DNA of 64,000 bases from a virus. Below are positions 1-7,527 of the stretch, one piece after another. Position numbers and translations under genes: made by a program. Within the stretch, counting starts at the first letter, position 1. Each line of letters begins with the position of its first letter. The notes under the pieces are model-generated. The model did no database searches and was not told where the DNA came from. It was given only the letters and a program-made list of their open reading frames with translations. The stretch is taken from positions 1 through 64,000 of the IMG/VR virus record IMGVR_UViG_3300014039_000003; one strand, 5' to 3'.

Positions 1-135
1 AGTCGGCGGCAACGAACACAGGCTACCAGTCGGCGGCAACGAACACAGGCTACCAGTCGGCGGCAACGAACACAGGCGACCGTTCGGCGGCAACGAACAC
101 AGGCGACCGTTCGGCGGCAACGAACACAGGCTACC
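1..135 (+). repeat. 27-bp tandem repeat (5 near-identical copies plus a degenerate 6th), coding, in-frame
   Basis: agtcggcggcaacgaacacaggctacc repeated head-to-tail with 2 variant units (gcgacc/gtt). Confidence 0.9.
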
Positions 136-362
136 AGTCGGCGGCAGAGGTCGCAGACAATGGTTCTGTCGCGATAGTAACTGGTTATCGGTCAAAGGCA
201 AAAGCGGGGCTTGGTTCTGCCATTGTCGTCGCAGAACGCGGCGATTGGAACGGTGAAACATATCCGCTAATTAATATCAAGGCGGCAATAGTGGACGGAA
301 AGAAAATCAAGGCTGATACTTGGTACACACTTACAAACGGCGAGTTTGTTGAATGCGATTAA
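1..362 (+). CDS. Hypothetical protein, C-terminal fragment (gene starts upstream of window) containing tandem nonapeptide repeats SAATNTG(Y/D)(Q/R)
   Basis: Open frame from window edge to TAA at 360-362; 27-bp unit repeated ~5x in-frame. Confidence 0.5.
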   Translation, partial: SAATNTGYQSAATNTGYQSAATNTGDRSAATNTGDRSAATNTGYQSAAEVADNGSVAIVTGYRSKAKAGLGSAIVVAERGDWNGETYPLINIKAAIVDGKKIKADTWYTLTNGEFVECD

Positions 363-383
363 TGGAAAGGAATTGAATTTGAA

Positions 384-665
384 ATGAAATTCGATTTAGG
401 AAAACAGTTTATGACGCAAGGCGTGGCGAATATGCTCGACGACTGGAAAGTTTGTGATGAGTTGCTTGACGCCCTTAGACGATACACAAAGTGCGATTGG
501 GGTGATATCCCCGGAGAAGATATAGCTCTTAATGACAGGGCAGTTGAGACGGGCGAAGGAAGAATACTTGCCGCCTACGAGACAAGTAAAAGAAAAGTGT
601 GGATAATCACGGACTTCGGCGACGAGGGTAATGTGACGACCATGCTGTTGCCGGAGGAGTATTGA
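384..665 (+). CDS. Hypothetical protein (93 aa)
   Basis: ORF with tight spacing to next gene; no family recognised. Confidence 0.5.
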   Translation: MKFDLGKQFMTQGVANMLDDWKVCDELLDALRRYTKCDWGDIPGEDIALNDRAVETGEGRILAAYETSKRKVWIITDFGDEGNVTTMLLPEEY

Positions 666-666
666 A

Positions 667-1062
667 ATGAAAATAGAAAATGAATCTATGGTTTGTACGG
701 TAAATGAGCTGAGTAATTATCTTGGAGAAAAGGCGCGTGAATGTATTCGCGAGGGCAGTAAATTCCCGGATTGTGACTTTGCCATGATAGATCTCGGAAA
801 CGCAAACAAAAGCTTTGACGAGCTGCGCGATGATAATTACGGCTGGTATGGAATAAAGGCTGTAGATACGGGATTTGATTCAGCAGACCTAATACTGTTC
901 TCAGATTATTACGGCGGAGGGTGCGCGTCGTTTTGCTCGATATGGGAGGAGTTGTGGTGCTATCAAGACGCAGGTGAAGCTATTGAGAAAACGATATTAG
1001 ATACATTGAGGTGTTCTGATTTAGCTACGGGTGACAGTATGCTCATAGTAGATTTTATTTAA
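667..1062 (+). CDS. Hypothetical protein (131 aa)
   Basis: ORF in operon-like array. Confidence 0.5.
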   Translation: MKIENESMVCTVNELSNYLGEKARECIREGSKFPDCDFAMIDLGNANKSFDELRDDNYGWYGIKAVDTGFDSADLILFSDYYGGGCASFCSIWEELWCYQDAGEAIEKTILDTLRCSDLATGDSMLIVDFI

Positions 1063-1076
1063 GAAAGGAAAATAAA

Positions 1077-1325
1077 ATGGAGTATCTTGTGAAGTTCAAT
1101 TATTCGGGACGAGTTGCATACGAGATTGAAGCAGACGACGAAGAGACGGCGAAGAAAGAGGCTGCTAATAGGTGGGCGGTTTGGGTATCGGCAGACGCGG
1201 TGGGTCATAATCCCGAGCTTGCGTTCGCTGATATTAAATATGACACTATGACGGCTGAACGGCTAATAAACGGAGATATAGCGGAGGTAAATGAAAATGA
1301 ACGATATAGCAAGAAATTATATTAG
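1077..1325 (+). CDS. Hypothetical protein (82 aa)
   Basis: ORF preceded by AGGAAA-type RBS. Confidence 0.45.
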   Translation: MEYLVKFNYSGRVAYEIEADDEETAKKEAANRWAVWVSADAVGHNPELAFADIKYDTMTAERLINGDIAEVNENERYSKKLY

Positions 1326-1482
1326 GCTCATAGACGCGGTTGATTCTGTTGATAGGATTTCAGAGACTACAGAACACGCTGCGTGGGATGAGGGTATCAC
1401 CAATCAAGAGTATTGCGAGATAGTGAAGTACGCAGTTAATAAGTTTAGAAGTTGGGAGGCAAATGAAAATGGGAATATTTAA
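1291..1482 (+). CDS. Hypothetical protein (63 aa)
   Basis: Overlapping-start small ORF. Confidence 0.4.
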   Translation: MKMNDIARNYIRLIDAVDSVDRISETTEHAAWDEGITNQEYCEIVKYAVNKFRSWEANENGNI

Positions 1483-1864
1483 AGCTAAATTCAGAAAATA
1501 TTGGTGCGACCGCTATTCAGAGTACACAGAAATAAGGACAAGCAACATAGACGAGATATTGGAGTATGTCTACAAAACACATAAAGAGAGCGTCTATCCG
1601 CGAGCGAGTAACTTTTGGTGCAGAGGTAAAAGAAGTACGGGGTTCGCTTTTTTGGAAGCAGATAATTCTTTGATAGAGAAGTGCGGCTATAGAGGCTCTT
1701 TATGGCTTGAACAGATTACATATTTCAAGGGCGATGGCAGCGATGAGGTTATTATTTTTAGCAAGTGTGATGGATACATTTCGCCTAAAGCAAACGAAGC
1801 ATTTGATGCTTTTGAGAAAATCGCAAGGCACAGAGATGAAAATAAGAACTTCGGTGATTATTAA
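1463..1864 (+). CDS. Hypothetical protein (133 aa)
   Basis: ORF. Confidence 0.45.
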   Translation: MKMGIFKAKFRKYWCDRYSEYTEIRTSNIDEILEYVYKTHKESVYPRASNFWCRGKRSTGFAFLEADNSLIEKCGYRGSLWLEQITYFKGDGSDEVIIFSKCDGYISPKANEAFDAFEKIARHRDENKNFGDY

Positions 1865-1873
1865 AGGAGGTAA

Positions 1874-2212
1874 ATGAAAATGTATAAACTTGACTTTTAC
1901 ACAGCAATATCCAGTGAGAACGACCCTAAAGCTCTCAATCACTTCGAGCGGGTTAGCGGTTATGGACAGGTAGTAAGAACTCCGAAAGGAAGAGAAATTG
2001 AATTTGGTTTTGATAAGCGGAGTGACGGCTGGTATGTAACCGACATCGCCTCCGGCATGAGGATTCCTAAAAAATATGATACGCGGATGAAAGCCCTTGC
2101 AGGTCTTAATGCAGAGTTGCTCAGCAAGGTTGACAAGGCAGTAGAGAGTGATACATACAAGGCTGTAGCGAAAGCTCTTAATGAATTTAAAACAAAATCG
2201 GAGGTAGCATGA
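1874..2212 (+). CDS. Hypothetical protein (112 aa)
   Basis: ORF with GGAGG RBS. Confidence 0.5.
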   Translation: MKMYKLDFYTAISSENDPKALNHFERVSGYGQVVRTPKGREIEFGFDKRSDGWYVTDIASGMRIPKKYDTRMKALAGLNAELLSKVDKAVESDTYKAVAKALNEFKTKSEVA

Positions 2213-2242
2213 TATGACGGTATATGAAGCACTGAAAACATA

Positions 2243-2536
2243 TTGCAAAAACTGCGCACACAGCGACAAATGTTGGCGTCCGTGTGCGGCGGTAACATCG
2301 GCGGTGATGAGCGACGAAAAAGTGGCAACAAAAACGGTGGTGAGTTTATGATGCTGAACACAACATATTGCAGACGAGCTTTTACTGGCGTGTACTGTGA
2401 ACACATGGACGGAAATGTATGTGTGAAACGACCCGGCGAGTGTGAGTTTCAGTATGGAGCGGGTAGACGACGAGAAAATGAACCCCAAAAGGAATTGGAT
2501 TCTGATTCGAAAAACGAAAATGAAAGGGGAGATTGA
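2243..2536 (+). CDS. Hypothetical Cys-rich protein
   Basis: ORF; start uncertain. Confidence 0.3.
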   Translation: MQKLRTQRQMLASVCGGNIGGDERRKSGNKNGGEFMMLNTTYCRRAFTGVYCEHMDGNVCVKRPGECEFQYGAGRRRENEPQKELDSDSKNENERGD

Positions 2537-2697
2537 ATGGCTGAAGAAATATACTATTACATAATGGACAAGCATGGAGTAATCTACGGCAGGAGCACAA
2601 GTAAAACTCGACTTCAGGAGAAAATGAAAAACAATTTCACCGAGGCTGTTATACAGGAGTTAGGAATAGAAATCGTTGAGGTATATGATAGCATCTG
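2536..2697 (+). CDS. Small hypothetical protein (53 aa) immediately upstream of the MazF-like toxin; possible antitoxin candidate
   Basis: ATG-initiated small ORF not in track; position only. Confidence 0.25.
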
Positions 2698-2733
2698 AGC
2701 TATCGTGAGTAAAAAATAATATGGGAGAGGAAG

Positions 2734-3075
2734 ATTAAAATAATTAAGAGAGGAGAAATCTACTTGGTTTCGCTGGACGGAGTGGGGTCTGAACAACGGA
2801 ACACAAGACCTGCGATTATAGTGCAAAACGATGTGGGAAATGCCCATTCGCCGACGACGGTTATTGTACCTTTATCGACGAAAATAAAACCGTCTATGGC
2901 GACGACGCACGTCAAAATAACAAGTGCGCAGGGTGTAAGAGATGAGTCAGAAGCGTTATGTGAACAACTGAGAGTGGTAGACAAATCAAGATTAGGAAGG
3001 AGAGTGGGTAAAATCACCGACGAATCAGTTATGACGGATATAACAAAAAAAATAAATGTGGTATGCGGCTGTTAA
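2734..3075 (+). CDS. MazF/PemK-family endoribonuclease toxin (type II TA)
   Basis: N-terminal IKRGEIYLVSLDG...RPAIIVQND...TVIVPLST signature. No ATG/GTG/TTG precedes the conserved N-terminus in frame (first canonical start is TTG 2764, inside the domain), so start is uncertain. Confidence 0.7.
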   Translation: MKIIKRGEIYLVSLDGVGSEQRNTRPAIIVQNDVGNAHSPTTVIVPLSTKIKPSMATTHVKITSAQGVRDESEALCEQLRVVDKSRLGRRVGKITDESVMTDITKKINVVCGC

Positions 3076-3342
3076 TTGGAGGGAAAAATGGAACATCAAA
3101 CAGTAGTGGCAAAAACAAAAAATGGAGATGAGTTTGTAGCTTGTTCCGGTCTTGGAAGCGAGCTCTGCTCAATACATAGCTGCGAGTCGTGCCCTAAAAT
3201 GAAATCAATTCGGGACAGCGTAAGCAAGCTCGGATATACTGGAAATGGAAATGACTTTGCAGAGCTATTAAATTATCTATTCAATAAGGAGTGTGAGCAG
3301 TTTGGAAATTATGCTGTTATGGAGGTGTGTATGTCAGATTGA
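3076..3342 (+). CDS. Possible HicB-like antitoxin (88 aa)
   Basis: Weak resemblance to HicB N-terminal domain; 16-nt overlap with downstream HicA. Confidence 0.4.
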   Translation: MEGKMEHQTVVAKTKNGDEFVACSGLGSELCSIHSCESCPKMKSIRDSVSKLGYTGNGNDFAELLNYLFNKECEQFGNYAVMEVCMSD

Positions 3343-3524
3343 CTCAGTTCAAAGTAAAAGAGTTTAAGAGAATCCTACGGGATAACGGCTATGAGGAGGT
3401 GAGATGTTGCGGTAGTCATCAAACTTGGAGCAACGGCGCAAACAAAATCACTTTGCCGACAGTCAAGTTGAGTCCTGTTATAGCGGCTCGACTCATAAAG
3501 GAAAATGATTTGACTGTCCAATAA
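3327..3524 (+). CDS. hicA: HicA-family mRNA interferase toxin
   Basis: KEFKRILRDNGYEEVR..GSHQ...ITLP matches YcfA/HicA fold signature. Confidence 0.7.
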   Translation: MYVRLTQFKVKEFKRILRDNGYEEVRCCGSHQTWSNGANKITLPTVKLSPVIAARLIKENDLTVQ

Positions 3525-3537
3525 AAGTGACAACATA

Positions 3538-3586
3538 CAACAGGTAAAAATTTCCTGTTGACAAGAGAATTTTTTAGGACTATAAT
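3538..3586 (+). promoter_or_regulatory. Consensus sigma70-type promoter (TTGACA-17-TATAAT) with 7-bp-arm palindrome CAACAGG..CCTGTTG overlapping the -35
   Basis: TTGACA 3558-3563, TATAAT 3581-3586; palindrome 3538-3560. Confidence 0.6.
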
Positions 3587-3627
3587 AAAAATGTAAACGG
3601 AACAAATGTTCGATTGAAGTTCGATTA

Positions 3628-4023
3628 ATGAAAGGAGAATTTTGTAAAATGGGATTTTTGGGTTCATTTCTTGGTCTGCTTGGTGCTTCGGCAGTGTTTG
3701 TCGGAGCTGATGTTAAAGAGCGTTGGGACGAGATAGACCGTGAGCGGCAGCGTATTGCGGCAAACCCTGCACCGCCTCCGGAGATGAGAGGAAATTTAAG
3801 AAGAAAATATGAGTCCGAGTGGCACAGAGGTGACAATACCCACTTCCCGGATGAGTATCTTCCTGCTCTTGAGAGCGACCCCGAAGTGCTTTACTGGTGG
3901 ATTGAGCTTCTCGCTGAGCGCGAAATAAAGCGTCAGGGTTATCGCGGCTTCCATGTCAATATTCAGGGCAATTTTAATCGAGTATATAATGCTTGGAAGG
4001 AGCGTCAGAATTGGGTCAGATAA
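3628..4023 (+). CDS. Hypothetical protein with N-terminal hydrophobic segment
   Basis: ORF; first gene after the consensus promoter. Confidence 0.5.
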   Translation: MKGEFCKMGFLGSFLGLLGASAVFVGADVKERWDEIDRERQRIAANPAPPPEMRGNLRRKYESEWHRGDNTHFPDEYLPALESDPEVLYWWIELLAEREIKRQGYRGFHVNIQGNFNRVYNAWKERQNWVR

Positions 4024-4961
4024 CCAGTGTTGATGTTAATAAAGATGTACTTATTGACGGTCTGAAAGCTCAGAACGCAAGACTAAAAAAGCTCCTCCGC
4101 GAAACAGCAGAAGAGCGAGACAGATACAAATCCCTATGGGAAACAAATCGGATTCCAAATGAAATCTCGGAAGAGGAGCGAAAAGCAAATCGGCGATTAG
4201 AACAAGAGAAAAAGCAGGAGCGGTTGCTGTCCGGTGTAAAGTCGGACGGCGTTCCAATAGCTCATGCAGCGGATTCAATTCGTTCCTATGATGAAATGTG
4301 CGTCGTGTTGGATAAGCTCAAGAACACAGGGCGAATGGGAATACGAAATTGGGCTATGTTCCGCTGCGGTATTTGCTTCGGTCTCAGGGCGAGCGACCTC
4401 GTTAAATTAAAATGGGGTTGGATCATGGACGACGACGGCGAGTTCAGAGACCGTATACCCGTGGTCGAGAGCAAGACGTCTAAAATCAATCGGTGCTTCA
4501 TTTCAGACGCGATAAAGGAAACGCTTACAGAATATCGCAAGTGGCTCGGCGGACGAAACTGTTCTCCCGACGATTACATCTTCTCGAAGAATAACGGCGG
4601 AAGATTGCAGGAGCAAAGCTATTCACGATATCTCAAAAATGCAGGAAAGGAAGCGGGGCTTCCAATACACATCTCGTCTCATACCATGAGAAAATCGTTT
4701 GCAAATATAGTATTATGCTGTCACGACGGCGGCGCGAATGATTACGCTATGAGAGACTTGCAGGGTATGCTCGGGCATTCAGATGTAAGAATCACGATGA
4801 GTTACCTCAAGGACACAATCCTCAGATACGACGAGGCAAGAAAGGCGGTGTCGGATTTCGTTCTCGGTAAGACAGATATAAACGAGTTAGTTACTTCAAA
4901 ACAGGTTTCCAATAATGAAATTTACGAGCTTTGCAAAGAAATGTTTGGAAAAGTTGCGTAA
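3993..4961 (+). CDS. int: Tyrosine-type site-specific recombinase / phage integrase
   Basis: R...HTMRKSFA...LGHSDVRITMSYL (R-H-R-Y catalytic region); start may be downstream of 3993. Confidence 0.85.
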   Translation: MEGASELGQITSVDVNKDVLIDGLKAQNARLKKLLRETAEERDRYKSLWETNRIPNEISEEERKANRRLEQEKKQERLLSGVKSDGVPIAHAADSIRSYDEMCVVLDKLKNTGRMGIRNWAMFRCGICFGLRASDLVKLKWGWIMDDDGEFRDRIPVVESKTSKINRCFISDAIKETLTEYRKWLGGRNCSPDDYIFSKNNGGRLQEQSYSRYLKNAGKEAGLPIHISSHTMRKSFANIVLCCHDGGANDYAMRDLQGMLGHSDVRITMSYLKDTILRYDEARKAVSDFVLGKTDINELVTSKQVSNNEIYELCKEMFGKVA

Positions 4962-4977
4962 ATTATTTTCATAGTTT

Positions 4978-5247
4978 TTGGTAAATCAACAAAGTGAGGT
5001 GATATACTTGACTCGTAAGAACAAGAGAGCACTCGCGAGAGCTGCTCGATACATAAACGACAGGGTCGAATTTGCAAACGACATCTTAGATGACGAAGAG
5101 GATCGACTCGATGGTTGGGCGGAGAATCTGAAGGGTTCTCAAAAACATATGGACGCAGAAGACTTTGTTGAAGATGTCCGTGAACAGTTTGATATAATAA
5201 CTGACGCGGTAGAAGAAATACGGTCTTTGTGCGGAATAGAAGACTAA
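4978..5247 (+). CDS. Hypothetical acidic protein (alternative TTG start 5009 with GAGGTG RBS)
   Basis: ORF. Confidence 0.4.
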   Translation: MVNQQSEVIYLTRKNKRALARAARYINDRVEFANDILDDEEDRLDGWAENLKGSQKHMDAEDFVEDVREQFDIITDAVEEIRSLCGIED

Positions 5248-5431
5248 AAAAGAAGACTCCCCACGAAAGGGTAAAAGCGTTTGGCGACGGCTTCCCAATT
5301 CGATGAGGAGGAACGACATTCGTATGCTCTTATACTAAACACTGGCGTGTTTTTATAGGGACATAGTCCTGCCATTGTCATTATAACACAAGGGCGGTTG
5401 AATGTCAACGAGAAAATAGGAGGAATTTATT

Positions 5432-5704
5432 GTGCAAAAACCTAAAATTGTTTACATTGCCGTTGACGACGACGAGTATGAGCTTCCATTCGCTATGGGC
5501 GACACGATGCGAGAACTTGCCGAAGAGATTGGAGTCTCCACTTGGGACATATGGAATTGCGTCAAGAATCGGGGACGCAGTACAACGCCCTTCAATCATA
5601 CATATCGTGTCGAGAAAGTCAGACTTGCCTCTGATATGGAGGACATACTTGACTTTGGCACGGACAGAGACATTTACAATATAACAATTAATGTTTATGT
5701 ATAA
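5432..5704 (+). CDS. Hypothetical protein with HTH-like segment (GTG start)
   Basis: AGGAGG RBS 8 nt upstream of GTG. Confidence 0.5.
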   Translation: MQKPKIVYIAVDDDEYELPFAMGDTMRELAEEIGVSTWDIWNCVKNRGRSTTPFNHTYRVEKVRLASDMEDILDFGTDRDIYNITINVYV

Positions 5705-6314
5705 GTCAAATTCGAAAATAATAAAAGGACTTTCGCTTGCTCTGGCGCTGAGCATAGGAGCATTCCTCATGGTTGGTAACGCCCTGCCGGTAGAAGCTCC
5801 GAGCGCAGAGGTAACTGAAATCGAAACCGAAAACGAATCGGTTTTGGATTTGAAAACGGAAATGGAATCCGAAACAGAAACCGCCTCCGTCACAGAACAG
5901 CGAAAGCCTACCGATTCAAAAACGAAATACGACGAGATAATCGCCGAGATCGCCGAAAAGTACGGCGTCTCGGCGGCTCTTATCAAAGCGGTTATCAAAA
6001 CGGAAAGCAATTTCAACCCGACCTTGGTTAGTGCGACCAACGACTATGGTTTGATGCAAATCAACGCCTGTAATGTATCGTGGCTTGCAGACGAGCTGGG
6101 CGTCACAGATTTGTTTGATCCAGCGCAGAACATCGAAAGCGGTGTGTATATCCTCAGCGGATATTTGAAGCGCTATTCGCTTGCAGATGCGCTGATGGCT
6201 TACAACTGTGGCGAGGGTGGAGCGAAACGCCTATGGAAACAGGGTGTTCACTCTACTCACTATACGAAAAAGGTATTGAAAAACTTGGATGAATTTGGAG
6301 GATTTTATGAATAG
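5691..6314 (+). CDS. Secreted lytic transglycosylase (SLT/GH23 domain) with signal peptide
   Basis: ES..F.P and GLMQIN catalytic motifs; N-terminal signal-like segment. Confidence 0.75.
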   Translation: MFMYKSNSKIIKGLSLALALSIGAFLMVGNALPVEAPSAEVTEIETENESVLDLKTEMESETETASVTEQRKPTDSKTKYDEIIAEIAEKYGVSAALIKAVIKTESNFNPTLVSATNDYGLMQINACNVSWLADELGVTDLFDPAQNIESGVYILSGYLKRYSLADALMAYNCGEGGAKRLWKQGVHSTHYTKKVLKNLDEFGGFYE

Positions 6315-6543
6315 ACATAGATGTTTCGCGGACAGAGGAAGCTGCTGCGCTGTGCTTACAGAAAAGCTGTGCGAATACGGCGGTTGTCGGTTCTATAAAA
6401 CCGAACAGCAGCTCTACAACGAAAGACAGTTTGTAGACAGATACATACAGAATAAATACGGGGTTAGCCGTAGGGAATATGTGAGAAACAAATACGGCAG
6501 TGAGCTTTTGAACTACAGGAGGAGACGAAATGAGGAAGTCTAA
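6307..6543 (+). CDS. Hypothetical Cys-rich basic protein
   Basis: ORF. Confidence 0.35.
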   Translation: MNRHRCFADRGSCCAVLTEKLCEYGGCRFYKTEQQLYNERQFVDRYIQNKYGVSRREYVRNKYGSELLNYRRRRNEEV

Positions 6544-6748
6544 ACTTTTCACTCTGATAGCTCACGAGGTTGTGCCTCGGAAATGCGTAAACAACATGGA
6601 GTTTGTTGGCTATGTTGCCCGGTGCAGTCAGTGTGGCGAACCAATAGCAATCCACTATAAGCTCGACGACGAGTTGAGAGTTACGGTTCTACCGAGATTC
6701 AAAAGATTCACAGAGGAAATAGAAAAGAAAATTAAAGGAGGAATTTAA
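6530..6748 (+). CDS. Small zinc-ribbon-like protein
   Basis: C..C...C..C spacing. Confidence 0.4.
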   Translation: MRKSKLFTLIAHEVVPRKCVNNMEFVGYVARCSQCGEPIAIHYKLDDELRVTVLPRFKRFTEEIEKKIKGGI

Positions 6749-7527
6749 TGGAAGAGAATAAAATGACACTATTCACAAACGAAGAGCTTGGAAATGTCAG
6801 GGCATTGGAGATCGACGGTGAGCCGTATTTCGTTGGCAAGGATGTAGCCAACATCCTCGGGTACCAAAACGGTAGTCGAGATATTAACCGTCATGTAGAT
6901 GAAGAGGATAGGCACAAGGTTATGCTCTTTGATGGTAATCAGGATAAGGAAACCATCATTATCAACGAGTCTGGTCTTTACAGTCTTATACTTTCAAGCA
7001 AACTCCCAAAAGCAAAAGAGTTCAAGCATTGGATAACCGCTGAAGTCCTACCCGTTATCCGTAAGACGGGCGGCTATGTAAACGACACGAAGCAGTTCGT
7101 CGATTATTACTTCGCAGACTGCAATACATATGGGCGAGAAGCTATTACGCTTATGCTCAACGAAACAAAACGAATGGCAAATCAGCTGAAGGCTCAGGCT
7201 CCAAAGGTGCTGTTCGCTGAGGCTGTAGAAGGCTCGAAGACATCTATTCCAGTTGGCGACCTTGCAAAGCTCATAAAACAGAATGGCGTTGACATCGGGC
7301 AGAATCGTCTGTTCTCGTGGTTGAGAATGAATGATTATCTGATAAAGTCGGGCGATAGAAAGAATATGCCGACACAGAAGTCTATGGATTTAGGGCTGTT
7401 CGAGGTTAAGATATCGACTTTCTACAGACCTGACGGCACGGTGGATATTGCGAAGACACCGAAGGTTACAGGTAAAGGTCAGACTTATCTTATTAACAAA
7501 TTCTTGTCGAGTTTAAAAGGAGCGTGA
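6748..7527 (+). CDS. Bro-N / KilA-C (ANT) domain antirepressor
   Basis: N-terminal Bro-N-like (FxxxEL..VR....DGEPWFVGKDVA..LGY) plus C-terminal antirepressor region; AGGAGG RBS. Confidence 0.8.
   Translation: MEENKMTLFTNEELGNVRALEIDGEPYFVGKDVANILGYQNGSRDINRHVDEEDRHKVMLFDGNQDKETIIINESGLYSLILSSKLPKAKEFKHWITAEVLPVIRKTGGYVNDTKQFVDYYFADCNTYGREAITLMLNETKRMANQLKAQAPKVLFAEAVEGSKTSIPVGDLAKLIKQNGVDIGQNRLFSWLRMNDYLIKSGDRKNMPTQKSMDLGLFEVKISTFYRPDGTVDIAKTPKVTGKGQTYLINKFLSSLKGA

Noticed and set aside
1-135. Possible CRISPR array (regular 27-bp repeats)
   Set aside because: Units are directly head-to-tail with no spacers, lie in an open reading frame and encode a repeated nonapeptide; no cas genes.
7525-7527. 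Alternative genetic code (TGA as sense) to explain Bro-MTase in-frame junction and other anomalies
   Set aside because: TGA is used as the terminal codon of many well-delimited genes (integrase-adjacent ORFs, Pnkp, SSB, primase-helicase, DnaE) with next genes starting immediately after; standard code fits globally.
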